Shown here piece after piece: positions 33,877 to 48,729 of a stretch of DNA of 64,000 bases. Within the stretch, counting starts at the first letter, position 1. Each line of letters begins with the position of its first letter. The notes beneath the pieces are model-generated. The model was not told the origin of the DNA and made no database searches. It saw nothing but the letters and a program-made list of their open reading frames with translations. The stretch is from Podarcis melisellensis (taxonomy: Eukaryota), in NCBI GenBank assembly GCA_964234715.1, contig OZ174278.1, one strand, 5' to 3'. Made by a program: the position numbers and the translations under genes.

Positions 33877-36800
33877 GCCCCCCGCAGCTGTGTTTCTGGT
33901 TTCCTGAGCTGCTCACTGTTGAGTCCAGAGCAGGAGAGACTCGCTGTGTGTCCTCTTCCCTGCTTTGTGTCTGACCCCCCCCCCAGCCTCTCCTCTCTGT
34001 CTTGACCCCTCCCTGAGAAGGATCCCACGGGGGGGGGGGGGTTCTGCCAGCTAAAAACTCTGGAGCCATCCTGGAATAGCAGGTGGGAGGAGCTGATTTG
34101 GGGGTGGGTGGGATGTGTGTCTCCCCTCCCATTGCAAATGTTGTGTCATTGAAGGGTTCTCTTCCACTAGCACTTACACCACCAGGTTCTGCTGCTTTCC
34201 CATTGTGACACCCCCTCCCCCAAAAGAAAAAAAACCTTCTGTGCTGCCTGCCCCAAAATGTGGATTTTGTAAATTATGAAGTGTGTTGCAGAACATTATG
34301 TGCAAGCCAAGAAATTTTAACCATAACTAAGGGAAACAAACAACAACTGAGAAGCTGGTGGCCAAATAGGGTTCATGCTTAACCTTTGGCAGGGGCACCC
34401 TACAGCCCAATTTCTCCCTGAAAACCCCCCTCCTTTTATATAATTCTCCCAATTCCCAAAGACTGGAGACTCGGTGACCTCGCCCCCCCCCCCCCCCGTC
34501 CTACAGGTTGGATCAGGTTTTCTACCACTTCTCCAGACGCCCCCCCTGACCCACATGAGGGCCACCTGCCCTTAGGCAGAAATTCCACAGGTAATGGCAG
34601 CCCCTTCTGCACAACTCGGGGGGGGGGGGGAACGACCAAAGTTTCATCCATTGAATTTCTGCCTTCTAAGCACATACAGTTTGCGCCAAGGGAAAGGAAA
34701 ATGCGAAGCCTAATGTGGAGAGCAGGAATTGCTGCTTCAGTGATGCTCTTGGAACCCACTTTCCCAAAATGCATACTGTTTCCTTCATGTCAGTGGGGGA
34801 TATTCCTACAGTAATTTGTGGTGCTCCCCTTTTCTAATTTGGGGACAGGGGATTGAAAGGCTTTGAACAAGGTTGGTTCATCATCACATCATGACTGTTT
34901 GTGCTGCTCCCACAAATGCCACCACACCTTTAAGTCAAGGGATTACTATTCCTCTTATCCGACATGCTTTGTGCCTTTGTGATTGCTTTGTTTTACTGGG
35001 AAAAGCCTGACATGTAAACATGTATTTTATGATGGTGTGAAGATATTTCAAAATCCACATTTCTAGGGGGCACTGGGTGGGAGAATTTAATGTTGGAGGG
35101 TTTGCTACCGGGAGCTATTGCAGGCCAGAGATGGGGCTGAGGCTGATTTGGATTCCCAGTCAAAAATTTCCTCATGGCTCTCAGGTTGTAGCAAAGGTCT
35201 CATGTTCCACTGGCAGACTGGGTGCACTCTTAAATGTTCAGAAACTAAAAACAATAAATTTTGTATATTGAATAAGGTCCAAGGTAGAACAGGGATTCCT
35301 TCTTATCTGCTAGCTTTGGGGTTTTTTACAGCATCCTCGGCAATAGACTCACTGAAACATAGTCACACCTTAAAAACCCAGGAACATTTTGTTATGGGAT
35401 CCCATTTATTCCTCCTGATGCCGAACTCCAGTGCCACCTGTGGTTTAATAGGGTCACCCTTGGGCAAGGTAAGGGCCTCTGCTTACGTGTGGTTCTATGG
35501 GTATGCATGCAAATGTTCAACTTAAAGAAAAGTGGGAGGGTGGGAGGAAGAGTATCAGGAGAGGAGTTGCACTCAAGCCCCTGACAGCATGTATCCAGGG
35601 GGCGATTAAGGTGAGGGGATGTTTCAGGAAGGAAGGGAGAAAAGAGGACAAAGTGTATGTTTTGCTCACTCTTCTTCATTTTGCAATCTAATGCTCCATC
35701 TGCTGATGTATCATACTTGAGCAACACTCGTGGTGAACATGCAGCACGAAAAGAACCATTGGTCTAATTCCCATGGTCCTGTATTCAAATATGCAGGAAT
35801 TTAGAGTAACTCCCGCCCCCCCCCCGAAGTGACTGTATTTCTGACAGAAAATCCAAATGAAATTCCATTTAATCTCTTCATTAGTATTCCTTCACTTTAT
35901 GTGCATACATAACAGAAATCCTTAGGGGATTCTTTTTGCATTTAGTATGCCTTTATTCCCCCCCCCCCCACAAGATTTGATTTAGTCGTTTGGACTATGC
36001 AAAGTTGTCCAAAGAGCAGGTGAAGTTCCTTCTCATATTTCAGGCTGCCCCCTGGTTTGTACATCATTTTAAACCACAATTAATCTTAACTATGTTTTAA
36101 AGATGGATGCTCAGTTTGCTGATATGTGGGGACAAAATTGCAGTCATTTTTCTCCTTCACCTGCCTTAGCATTAAGTCCAAACTCAACAAATTCTGATTT
36201 ATAAACTGTGGTAAACTCATGGTTTGTTTCAGGGTAACAAACCACAAGCCTGGGTTGAGACATCTGACATACTTCTAAGCCAACCATGGATTAACTCCCA
36301 GCAGAATGGTGGCAGCAGAGGAGAGGAGCAAAGTAGTTGCAATTTTCTCCCAATGCGTTGGCATGCTGCATGTTAATAGTGGCACCATGGTTGAAAGAGG
36401 AGTGTCCCTTATCTCTAGTCAGGTTGCTTGTCTTCTAATTGTCTGCAATATCACCCCAGCTCTTGTATATGGCCCTCATGTATTGTTCTGTTTTGCCATA
36501 CTTGGTCTAAAGGAACATGGTTGATTTTGTTTCTCATGACTGTCACCAGGTAATGGATCCTGCAGTGGTTGCCACTGGCAGAGTAGCTGCTGAGAAGGCA
36601 GGGACTTGGCCTTTGGATTGGCACCACACAGCAACACTGGAGGCAGCGCAGTTCAGGGGTGCAGCTATGGACTCGCCGTGTGAGTGTTGGCTGCTGACAC
36701 CAGTGACTCATGCTGAGCGCAGCCAGCTAAAGTTCAGCCACTTCTCTGCATGATGAGCTAGTAAGAGACAAGCCTCTCCTCAGTTGCTATGTACTTAGTG

Positions 36801-39800
36801 GCAGTAGTTCTGGACAGCACCTACTTCAACAGTCATTTGTTCTTCCCCACTGAAATCTGAAATGGCAATTCTAGTGGTGGGGGGTGGGGGATAATTCAAA
36901 ATGGTTCTTGATAATAGTGATAGTATTCAAGAAATCTAATTAATCAGGTGTCAATTATAATGTTCCATGCATATAAATATAAATATAAATTTGATGACAA
37001 TAGATTTGATTCTTTGCTGGATTTGAGTTATCAGCTGTTCAGGTCACAATTTCTCTTTGTACTTCAGGAACAATAATGTCAAAAATATTTAAACTTCATC
37101 CTGATTAAACAATATTTAGGGCTTTATAGAGACACCTGGATCTATATAATTGAGTCTATCTATCATCTAGCTATCTCATCTCTGCAGTTACTATTAGAAC
37201 ATTAAGGTGTTCATATGCTAAAGTGAAACAAAAAGTATTGGAAATTCATAATGGGAAAGTCTTGACTGTTTACTGCAAGGGTGAGCCAGCTTTTCTGGAA
37301 TGGGCACCACATTCCCTTTGGGGCAGCATATCAGTGGTAGGCCAAAGACAACTGCATGGAGATGTCCCTTTTCCTCCTCTTTTTTACTGCCTCCCACTCA
37401 TTCACCCCCTGTCCATTTGTTCTCCACTTTATCTGCTGCCAAGAGAGGATGGAAGAGGCCTCGGGAGTCAGTCTTAGATTATGGGGAGACTAAGGGCACG
37501 TCATCCATGTTTCCGCTTGCCCCAAGCCTAGAAGAGCAGGGGGCTGAGAGGTTTCCCGCTTGTCCCATGCTTTCTAGGTACAGCTGCAAGTGGCTTTTCA
37601 TTTGTGTCACCACTTTCCCCAGAAAACCCAGTTTAGCACTGAATCAGAACAAACGTCAATCTGCAGAAAAACGTCTTATCTGCAGAACTCCCCCCCCCCC
37701 CCGGAAAACAGTGGCTCTTCCCAGGGGGAAGCAGCAGGAAAAGCAGAAGTGAGGACAAGCCCTAAAGACATATTCCCATGCTGCTCTGGTAAGGTAACGC
37801 CTACCAAATCATTTGCAAAAGGCCAATGTGGTTGCTTCCCTTGCCAATGGGAAGTAACTGCAATGTCAACCTTCCATTCTCCACAGGAATTCGGGAACCG
37901 TACATGGCTGAAGTAAAGAAACCCCCTGACTACTCACGCAAACAGTATTGTAGCTGTTCCATGCAACTGTCAGCATCCTGACTACCAGTCACATATTCAG
38001 GACTGTGTATGGATTGGCTTCCTACATGTCCCTGCAAGAGCTCAAAAATGCAGTTGCATGCGGGAAGAAAGGTTCTGCTTGTACAGTCATCACTCAGTCA
38101 ATTTCCTCAGCCCTGTGGCACACCATGGGGGCTGTGCAACCCAGCCTGGATTTGTCTTGGCAGCTGCCAGCCTTTGCTCTTCCTTGGAGAACCTGCTTCC
38201 TATTCAGGAAGTGTGGAGAGAACATTGCAAGGTGAAAGCTATTCTGTGCCTAGCAATTTCAAATGCCTGGCATTCAAAAACAACAGGGGGTGGGAACCTC
38301 CATCAGATCTTCTGTTAATGCCCATGATTTGCATGCAAAATTGCGGTCCTGGCTATTTACGTCAGGAGGCTGAGAGAAATAGCACAAAATTATGTGCAGT
38401 CTACAAACAATCCGTGTCAGAAAGCCTCATGGACCAGTCCAATCTTTTAATTATGTTTTGCTTCCATATGTGATGGCAGAATGAACAGCTGAGAGAGACA
38501 CCAGATTGCACTGCTGAATAGAAAAGTCTGGGCAGATCCCTTGTCTCCAGCATATGTGCTCGCTAACACCTGACTAGAGAAATGGAAATCAGGTACCACC
38601 ACATGCCCTGCCAGAACAAGGCTGATACTGTTCTCCATACAGTTTTATACCTGTTCCCAGTTCTGAAGCTAAACCTGAAATCCTGTGTATGATTGCCGGG
38701 GAACAAGCCCCATTGCATTTTAAGTCATTGTTGCTGCTTCATTGCTGGTATTAATCAGGGCCAAATTATAAGATGGTGCTGGAAACAAAAGCCATTCATT
38801 TAGCAACCGCTCCCTCTCTGAAATATCGAATACAATTTACCTTGTGTCATAATAATTCTGGATTTTACCACCTCTTTTCCACATCTGTGATGGTAGGAAG
38901 ATGGCAAAGAGCCTTTCAGCATCACAATATCACAACCATACTTTGTGTGTGGGGGGGAGGGGGGTGCTGCTGTTTTTGGCAGAGCAGCTGCATGTTTAGT
39001 GTTATAGCTGGAGTGTTATATCTTGCCTTTTCACACGAGGTTCCTCAAAGTGACAAACAGCATTTCAGAATTACATATGAATATCACAGTCTCAATAGCA
39101 ATAAACCATTAGCACATAATAACCACTTAAATAACCAAGAGATAAAATAGCTGAAGTAACAGAATAGCGTGGACAGTAAAAAACACCCACAAGGCACTTC
39201 CCATGTAGCTAAAAAAAGATATTCCGCCTTCAGCATTACTCACATATCTAGTAATGTTTTGGAAGGTTTCTTTTTTAAATAAAAAAACCAAGATTAGAGG
39301 AGGCAAGGTGAGCGGGAACAAGTTCTGTAATATATGGCAAAAGTTCTGCACCAGGGATGGGGAATCTGTAGCCCTTGCAATAATGTCAGGACACAAGTCC
39401 AATCATCCTTGACTATAGGTGCCAACTCTGTGGGGCTGAGGAAATATATTGGGATGGAGCGGACTCCCCCCAATCTTGAGGGGCCGAGACCCATCGGGCC
39501 TCACTGCAGTGGGCCATGTCAGGCCTCCCTGCAACTGTGGCAGGCCCTGTCACATGTGTGTGTCATACAGGTGACGTCACACACATGCAATTCCCCCCCC
39601 AAAAAAGTTGGGTGGAACCTGGTGCCTATGTCCTTGACCATTGGTCATAGTGACTGTGGTTGATGGGAGGTGTAGTCCAACAATATCTGTGGAGGATTTT
39701 TGCACTGACAACATTTTTGCAAAGCTGGAAGGTCACACATACTTTTAAAAAACAAACAAAAATTTGGCTAGAACTCAAAATTCTTTCTTGTATGTTCATG

Positions 39801-40533
39801 AAGGAATATATTTTTAAAAAACCACAACCATTTAATCTAGGGTAGGTTTTATCTAATACTCTTCTTGGCTCCAATCTTTTACACCAAGAACTAAAAAGCT
39901 CTTCATTCTGTAGTTCAGTACACTCTGGAGATTTAAGACCTTGACTGTGATATTCAGAGATGGAGGAGAAATCGGATTCAGTTTACATTTAAAAGCAAAT
40001 TTGCCCAGTTCATGTGTCCTGAATCAAAATGTGAACTGAATCAGTCATCCTTTGAAATCTGCACTTTTCCCAAATTTGTGATACAGTTCTCCAGAAAAGC
40101 ATTGTGTACAAAATGTATATCCTGGAGTAAAGGGTCCATACAAATGTGTGCATTATTGAAAATAACATACCCAAATGCATTGCATTGGGGGAAAATAACT
40201 TTGCAGAAATATGTTTGCTAGGCAAAATTGCATACAAAAATGTGTATATTAGAAGAAATTTAGATTAAAATGCAGATGAATTTTATGAGGATTTCTAAAT
40301 TGCCAACTGATGTGAATATGTGGAGAACTGACCTGAAGTTTTTATCCTTGTGAAAAATTAATATAACTTAATTAATGTAATATGAATCTGCAGCCGTACA
40401 TTTGGATGCTTTGTTTGTCTGATGGTTTAAGGTTTTTAATGCATGTATTGAAGACATGACAATACCACCCATCAGCCTAACAACTCTTGAGGTGGATTAC
40501 AATGATCCTGAATCCAGTCCTTAGATACCTTCT

Positions 40534-40788
40534 GAAGAAGAAGAAGAAGAGTTTGGATTTGATATCCCGCTTTATCACTACCCGAAGGAGTCTCAAAGCG
40601 GCTAACATTCTCCTTTCCCTTCCTCCCCCACAACAAACACTCTGTGAGGTGAGTGGGGCTAAGAGACTTCAGAGAAGTGTGACTGGCCCAAGGTCACCCA
40701 GCAGCTGCATGTGGAGGAGCGGAGACTCGAACCTGGTTCCCCAGATTACGAGTCCACTGCTCTTAACCACTACACCACACTGGCTCTC
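40534..40788 (-). mobile_element. MIR/Ther1-related tRNA SINE (Squam3-like) with a (TTC)n tail
   Basis: Minus strand GAGAGCCAGTGTGGTGTAGTGGTTAAGAGC...GGTTCGAGTC...GGGTGACCTTGGGCCAGTCAC (CORE-like), ending in a TTC repeat. Confidence 0.85.
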
Positions 40789-40854
40789 TCTGCTTTCTGC
40801 TCCTCTGCTTTCTTCTTTTCCTGAACAATGGCCTTTTTTGCCAATAGGTTAAGG

Positions 40855-42310
40855 TCTATTGCAAGGTTCTGACCTGGGCCCATTGTTGTTCAACATTTTT
40901 ATAAATGACTTGGATGAAGGTATGGGACATTATTGAGTCAAACCCACAATTCTTGTTTTGCTAGATAGACACATGAAGGGGCCGAGGCTCACAGAGCTTA
41001 CTAGAGAGATATGCTACTTCCTTCCCGTCTGGGCAGCCTCCTCTTTCTTCAGGCTTCCAAGCTGACCACATGTGCATGTCTGAGCTCTGCATTTCTGAAC
41101 TTACACTTTGTACTTTGGGGTCACAAAGAGTCGGACACGACTAAACAACTAAACAACAACAACAACTTAGATAGTATTTATTAACCTGCCTTCAATTTGC
41201 TACTGAAATTGCTGTAGATGTGTCTACTTTTATTTCTTCACCAAACTCTCTCTCTCTGTGTATGTGTGTGTGTGATGTTTTTAAGGGGGGGGAGGGCTAA
41301 TATCACAAAAATCTGGTCTGCCTTAAAGTATCCTGGATTATTGTTTCTAGAAGGTTAAAACAACTTTGTTTTAGCTTCCAAGTTTTAGCTTCCAAGTTTA
41401 AAGCTGCAAAGGATGGTACTCTGCTGTCCTCCCTCACATGTGTAAGGAAGGCTAATAACTAAATAATATATCCTTTCGCAGTGCGTCAATCCATTTCTAC
41501 ATTGAGGGGATGCACATCACTTTTGCAGATTGCACCAAACTGGGAGGGATAACCAATGTTGCTGAACACAGAATCAGGGTTCAAAATGACCTTAACAGAC
41601 TGGAGAAGTGGGCCCAAACTAACAAAATGAATTTCAATAGGGACAAATGTAAGGTTCTAAACTTAGACAGGAATAACCAGCTGCACAGATATTAGATGGG
41701 GTACACCTGGCTTCCCAGTAGTACATGTGAAAAGGATCTAGGGGTATTAAGAGATCACAAACTGAACATTAGTCCACAGTGCAACGCAGCAGCAAAAAAG
41801 CTAATGCAATTCTAGGCAAGTTATAGTACCTCTTTATTCTGCCTTGGTCAGACCACATCTGGAGTCTTGTGTCCAGTTTTGGGCACTACAATTTAAGAAA
41901 GATATTGACAAGCTGGAATATGTGCAGAGGAGGGTGACCAAGATGATAAAGAGTCCTAAAACCAAGCTTTAGGAGGAACGATTGAGGGAGTTGGGTATGT
42001 TTAGCCTGGTAAAGAGGCGACTGAGAAGAGAAATTATTGCTATGTTCAAATATCTAAAGGGTTGTCACATGGAGGATGGAGAAAGCTTGTTCTGTCCTGC
42101 TTTGGAGAACAGAACCCAAACCAATGAATTCAAGAAAGGAGATTCCATCTAAACATCAGGAAGAACTTTTAGATGGTAAGGACTGTTTAACAGTGGAACA
42201 GACTCCCTTGGAAGGTGGTGGACTCTCCTTCTTTTGACGCTTTTAAGCAGAGGCTGGATGGCCTCTGAATTACAGAGGGTTGAACTATATGACTCTCAGG
42301 ATCTCTTCTC
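40855..42310 (+). mobile_element. CR1 LINE 3' half, interrupted at 40921-41501
   Basis: QGSDLGPLLFNIFINDLDEG, then after the insertion FADCTKLGG...QNDLNRLEKWA...[24 protein letters not shown] and a CR1 3' UTR. Confidence 0.9.
40921..41501 (+). mobile_element. Probable solo LTR inserted in CR1, itself carrying a BovB 3' tail at 41117-41166
   Basis: Splits a contiguous CR1 coding stretch; ends ...TTCTACA; nested GGGGTCACAAAGAGTCGGACACGACTAAAC(AAC)n. TSD not clear. Confidence 0.5.
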
Positions 42311-42672
42311 CAATCCCTATATAGATTTGCCCCGGTTGTAAGTTCTCATTAGTTTTTCCTTTGTTCACCATCCCTGCTTTGACCTACTTCCATTAGCTTT
42401 TTATTGGTCTCCTAAGCACTTTTCTCATTTCTTCCCTTAAGTACTCTGAGGCTTCTTCATATCTGCCTAGTAAGCCTCATCTCTCCTCAGTTCCCTGCAT
42501 CTGCTGTCCTTTCCATGAAGCCTCATTCTCCATATACTCTTTCTTTAGGTTGTTCTGTCTCAGGCCACCACCTTCTGTGCACCCACCCTTTAATTTCTTT
42601 GACTCTGGGCTCCTGTTTCATATCTTTCCTACAACTAGGATAGCTCTCCAGTTTTCAGTTGACTCCATGTGA

Positions 42673-42675
<3 letters not shown>

Positions 42676-42709
<34 letters not shown>

Positions 42710-43250
42710 TTTTTTTGTTTATATGCCGCCCATCTGCCTGGGTTCCCTCAGCCACTCGGTGGCTTCCAACAAATGGAAACATGAAACATTAAAAACTTCC
42801 CTATACAGAGCTGCCTTCAGATATCTTCCTTGACATCTGATGGGAGGGCGTTCCACAGGGCAGGTGCCATTACTGGGAAGGCCCTCTGCCTGGTTCCCTG
42901 TAACTTGGCTTCTCGCAGCAAGAGAACCTCCAGAAGGCCCTCAGAGCTGGACCTCAATGTCTGAGCTGAACGATGGGGGTGGAGATGCTCCTTCAGGTAT
43001 ACTGGGCCGAGACCATTTAGGGCTTTAAAGGTCAGCACTTACACTTTGAATTGTAAACAGAACAGACTGTCAGAAACATACTGACAGTCAGCAAAGATCT
43101 CTTAGGACTGGTGTTATATGGTCCTGGTGGCTGCTCCCAGTCACTAGTCTGGTAGCTGCACTCTGGATTAGTAATAGTTTCCGAGTCACATTCAAAAGTA
43201 GCCCCATGTAGAGCGCATTGCAGTAGTCTAAGCAGGAAATAACCAGACAA
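42676..43250 (-). mobile_element. L2 LINE 3' end with a (TTA)n tail
   Basis: ISCLDYCNALYMGL, AATRLVTG, HITPVLRDL, LTFKALNGLGP and RAFPVMAPALWNALP; same family as 6812-7923. Confidence 0.9.
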
Positions 43251-44474
43251 ACTGGAGATAATATTTCCCTCACAGAACCTGCACTAGAAATTTAGTCTTT
43301 CCTGTGCAACTGAAAATTCTGAGCCAGGCAATGTCATAGGCTTCATTGCCACAAGAGCAATACAATATAGATGCTAGAAAGCCATAAACCGTAATGACAG
43401 ATTCTCATATCTAATTTAGGAGCTTTGGTATTTTCTGTCTATTTTCTGTGAAGTTAAAAATGGCACGTAGGATGCTTCAAAGCATCCCACATGCGCACAT
43501 AGTATCTGTTTCGTAGATATAGCTTCTTTAAAAAATGTTGTCCTTTTCCCGTCAATACTTACATCTGTTACTTTACATACTATATATGGCACAATTGGGT
43601 TTTTTTAAAATGCAAACCCCTATGTGCAATCTCCAGAGAAGCTAGTAAATTTCACCAAACGGGCATCCCTAAATTACATGCCATCTGCAGCTAGTGATGA
43701 AAGGACAAAACCCACTCAGCTGTGATCCTAACACCAGCACACTTCTCGTATTGATTGGCTCCGGGGAAATCAGCCGCTTTTGGCTTTGAACTTTTCTAGC
43801 CCCAAAACAATTCATTAAGGGCTGGGTGAGTTGCACCAATGAATGCAAATCCTGTTGGGCTGGCTTTTCAGTTGCTCTTGCTGTTGAGCTTTCTGCCATC
43901 GCTGCCATCACTGCCCCTGACTGCTTCACTCCGTCCCCACAAAATTACAAAGAAATGACAGGGAAGAAGAAATATGTGTAACCAGAGCCTGACCTTTGGG
44001 GCAATGTGCAGCCTTGGATGAATTTTTATTCAAAAGGGCGGTGTATAAAAGTTATACCTACATAAATACATACATGCATACACCTAGACAGGTATGTCTT
44101 TGGGCACCATACCCTGGGCTCCAGTGTGCCTGGAGTCAGGCCGTGGCACACCTTTTTCGCACTCAACAAATCTTGGGCTTTCCATAAGCGCCTGGCTGGC
44201 CAGTGTGGGAACAGAACAGCAAACATTTTGATCTGATGTAGCAGTAATGCTGAGGAGATAATCCTATGTGGTGGCATTACTACTTCAACACTTACCTTGT
44301 GAGCCACACCTCAGTGTCTGCAAGTCAACTGCTGCTGAGTAATTTTACTTTCAAATAAGTACCCAAAGTACCCAACATTAGTAAGTCAGTGGTGGTGGCG
44401 TTTGCTACCCCACCTGCCCACACAAATCTATGGTAGTCACTTCCTTAACTGGACTCCTTTGGGAGGAAGGGTAG

Positions 44475-44478
<4 letters not shown>

Positions 44479-44540
<62 letters not shown>
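44479..44540. repeat. Compound (TC)n(AC)n microsatellite
   Basis: Adjacent perfect runs. Confidence 0.95.
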
Positions 44541-44544
<4 letters not shown>

Positions 44545-45755
44545 TCACCCTCCCCAAACACCTTATAGCAGTCCTCACACAACAAAGGCAAGTGGGCTGC
44601 CACTAGGTGTCTATTTACTGGCAAGTGGCTACTTGTGAAACTGATTTATACTGTTACCATGTCTTTTGAATATTCAAAGATAACAGGGTCTGTGTCTTTG
44701 GAACAGATGGGGATAGTAACTTAAATAAATAATTACCTTCTTCTATGAAATACAGTAAGATGGAAGCCGTGCTAATGGAGATCCCAATTTTCAGAGAATT
44801 GATGTTATTTCACTGCTGTCCAGCACTATTCCATTCAGGGGATTGTTCAAGTATCCTCAGAAGAAAATATTTTGCAAAAAGTGATGACTGCATAATTGTG
44901 TATTGTCTATGAAACTAGACATTACCCAACTGTTGTGAAAGGTTTTTGGATTTCTTGGAATGCAGCAGGTTCACATCCCCAAAGCACATATTGCCGCATT
45001 ATTGTGAGCAAGGCGTGTGTGGGAGAGGAAAGGAAAACCTAAGAGAATATAACGCAGATGTTCAGGGAGGAAATAGATTTCCTTTGCTTTCCACAGAAAG
45101 ACTCCAACACACACAACTAAAACATCTACCAAATGCACATGTGTGACAGTGTTCCAGCCAGCAAATCTTTGCAAGCCCTGTTTGGGCATCCTTTTTGCTC
45201 ACATGCACGTGAACATGGAGAGGTGATTTGGGGTGCATTGCCAAGGCCCTCTAGTGCATCAGGGTTCGCCAGTTTGCAGCCCTGCACAAGTTTGAGGGTA
45301 AAGGTCTGGAGCACAAGACCTCCTCTGCTCATGGATGTGTGATTTACAGCCCTGCACAATTGCACAGAGAGCAGTGAAGAGGCTACCCACTTCAGACCTC
45401 TGCCTTTCATACTCCCCCTCCCATGTTTACTTCCCTGCAAACGAGAAGAGTGTCCAAAATTAAACTGGATGATGCCAGTTCCAGAAGAGCAAAGCCACAC
45501 CGAAATGGGAGCATGTTACATATTTGTTAGATTTGTCCTGGGATACAAAGATTTGGTGAATGGCTGAAAAGTGAAATGGACAGCATCATTGGTTCTCCCT
45601 TAGTTCCAATGATAAGGCTGCCAGTGGCTACTAACCCTGATGGCTATGTTTGAGGCCCGCAGCTGGAGGCAGTATGCTTGCGAATACCAGTTCCTGGAAA
45701 CTGCAGGAGGGAGAGTGCTGCTGCACAGAGGTCCTGCATATAGGATTCTCATAGG

Positions 45756-45878
45756 CAGGAGGAACTCACAGGAAATCAGCTCTGCCGCCTCTCAGGTGGG
45801 CACCATTGCCATTCTAAGAAAATGAGAGAGGTATTCATGTTGAGTTCCAGCACCTGTTTTTCTAGAAAAAAAGCACTG
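45756..45878. mobile_element. hAT-type MITE nested in an older CR1-like 3' end (about 45610-45955)
   Basis: Perfect 8-bp TSD CTCATAGG at 45748-45755 and 45879-45886; same family as 49270-49404; left TIR partly deleted. Confidence 0.8.
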
Positions 45879-46479
45879 CTCATAGGCATCTGGTTGGGCA
45901 CTGTGAGAACAGGATGGGCTACTGGTCTGATCCATCAGGGCTCTTCTTATATTCAAGCAGTTTGTTGCTTTATTCGACACCCAGGAATGCTGCATTAACT
46001 TGGCAGAGTGCTGTACACAGGCCCAGGAACAGTCCCACGTGAGTTAATGCTACACATGTAGGTTTAGGGAGCTCATTTGAGTATGACAATGACCAGGCAG
46101 CACTCCATAGAGATGCAAAACAAAATGGTCTCACATTTATACTAGGCTTACTGCACTGCTGTGAGGCAAAGCGCTCTGAGCCTTTGGAAATGTGCCACAT
46201 GAATGCCAAGGGGGTATGTGTGTCCATCCACCCATCCACCCATCCATCCGTGCATCATGTTTTTCCTTTCTGCAATAAGCCAAGTAAAAAAAAAATAGCA
46301 GAACAATATTAAGGCTCAGGCTAAAATTGTGCCCCAAATCCTACTGTGACTTTGTGGGTGTAGTGCTCTTGCCACACCAATCTGAGCGCTGTGAGATTCC
46401 AGGGCTTTCAGGCATTTACCCAGGATTTGGTTTCATCAGAATGAGGGGCAGCAGAGATTGTGGTGTCTTTAGGATATAT

Positions 46480-46763
46480 CAGGGATGTCCAACCGGTAGA
46501 TCTCTGGCTGATCCTGGTAGATCGCGGGATCATGTACAAAAAAATTACAGGGAAAAAGTTTTTTAAAAACTATGTGCAATCCTCCCCCCAAAAAGCTCTA
46601 CAACTCTGGGCACTGCCCTCCTAAAAAAAGCTCAGCAACTCTGGGCAATCCACCCCACCCCAGACGCTCCTCCTCCCTCCAATGACAATGGGTAGATCAC
46701 TACCAGTTTTTTTAAAAAAAAACTGGGAGTAGATCACAGTCTCATGGGAGTTGGACATGCCTG
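46480..46763. mobile_element. hAT-type MITE
   Basis: TIRs CAGGGATGTCCAAC / GTTGGACATGCCTG (13 of 14 match); perfect 8-bp TSD GGATATAT at 46472-46479 and 46764-46771; subterminal GGTAGATC repeats. Confidence 0.9.
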
Positions 46764-48366
46764 GGATATATGGTTTATTTGCCCATATACGCAATGTAGG
46801 GCTTCACAGCATTAACACTCCAAAAGGGTCTTGCTTCTCCCAGAGCTGCAGCCTTGGATTCAAACAAATCAGTCCTGGCTCTTCTCTCTCTCCAGCTTGC
46901 TGCTTTTACCTCTAGCTCACATCACTGCTACTCTCTGCCCTCAGCTCTGCCTTGTCTGTTCAGAGAGGGGGGCCACCCATTTGCCATCTCACACTGAGCC
47001 CTTCAGTCCCTATCACCTGACCAGAAAGCCAGCTTGGCTGTTTCCAGGAATTAGAAAGCTTGATTAGATTTTAACACTTGCTGGATCCAGGGATCAGTGG
47101 GGTCTAGCATACTGCTTAACATCCAAACCCATGACTGTACTGTCTGCATAAGTGTTTTCATTTGTTTTTTTTCAAAACTGGGAAAACATACAAGGAAGTA
47201 AGTGAACTGCAGTGAACAGAAATGAGAGATGTTTCCAGGCAGCAGCAGCATTGCTGTCTGTGGTTTTATGGATGGTCTGTTTTTCCCAAATCTACTTACC
47301 TTGCTAAAAATATATGAAGTGATGGCAGACTGGCCCTTTTGGCCTGTGGACTCCAGCGAGTGTCTCCTGCAAGTGCTTAAAACTGGCTTAGTAAACAAAC
47401 AAAGAAGGCTTTTAGATTCTGCAAGTGGAAAATTGCTGCAAATGAAGATTCTCCCCCTCTCACACTTGCAAGTGCCAAGGAGCTGTCTTTATGACTATTC
47501 CAAACTACATAAACCCTGACCCCCCCCCCCCACAAAAGCACTGAAGCACTTAGGAGCGTGAAGTGTGCCAAGACTTGGATATTGATTTTTTGGGAGACAC
47601 TTTTTTGTCTTGTGAGCATTCCTCTACTGTTAGGGCCCTTGCACAGTTTTACACAACTGCTTTTATTTGTTACAGTTAGTCAGAAATGGTTTCTATGGAT
47701 TACATGATTCTGATTAGCTGCTGAACTCCAATACATATTGACATTTGTGCACCACTGACAACAAAGCCCACAGATCTGTTTTCAGAGAAGAGTAATGAGG
47801 ATATCTGATATCCTCCCACAGACCACAATTAGTTTTTATTTAAAAGAAGGATAGGAACTGCAGAAACTTTTACCTCCATCCACAGCATAAATATGAACTA
47901 CATGGATTAGTCACACATAATCTACAGACAGAATCCTTTCTGGCAGGCGAAGAACAAAATCAACGTTCAGTGGGAAGGTCAAAGGCATAAAATAGATTTG
48001 TATGTTGTAAAATAATAAAAAGAAGGAACCCCCCAGGTTTCCTGATCATGTGGAGATTCTAAATGCAAAAATTATTCCCCCGTTAGACCTTCTGCTCAAT
48101 GCGGCTACAGCAGGCAGAGACAAGTGGGATGGATAGGTTTAGCATGCCCAGTTCAGCTTTCATTCTCTTGCCACACATTCTGAGAATGCATGGAGATGAA
48201 CACATGAACAGCTTTATCAAATGCAGCAAAGGAACCTGCAATTACTGCTAGCATCAAAGATTATATCACCACTAGTAAAAACATTATTAATGGGTCTATG
48301 ATCTTGAATGTCATGTAGTGTTACTGGCAGCTAGGGCTCTCAAAGCTACACATAAGCTTGCACAAA

Positions 48367-48729
48367 GACTCGGGTGGTTCTGTGGTCTAAACCACTGAGC
48401 CTCTTGGACTTATCAATCAGAAGGTTGGCAGTTTGAATCAGCGCAATGGGGTGAGCTCCCGTTGCTCAGCTCCTGCCAAGCTAGCAGTTCGAAAGCACAC
48501 CAATGCAAGGTACTGCTGCAGCGGGAAGGTAAACGGTGTTTCCGTGCACTCTGGTTTCTGTCATGGTGCTCCATTGCACCAGAAGCGGTTTAGTCCTGCT
48601 GGCCACATGACCCGGAAAGCTGTCTGTGGACAAACACCGGCTCCCTCAGCCTGAAGTGAGAGGAGGGCTGCAGCCCCACAGTCGCCTTTGACTGGACTTA
48701 ACCGTCCAGAGGTCCTTTACCTTTACCTT
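48367..48729 (+). mobile_element. Sauria-type SINE
   Basis: Same head and body as 2180-2525; CCTTTACCTTTACCTT tail. Confidence 0.9.

Noticed and set aside
33382-34005. 207-aa plus-strand ORF
   Set aside because: Starts inside a solo LTR and runs through G/C-run-rich DNA; no domain motifs.
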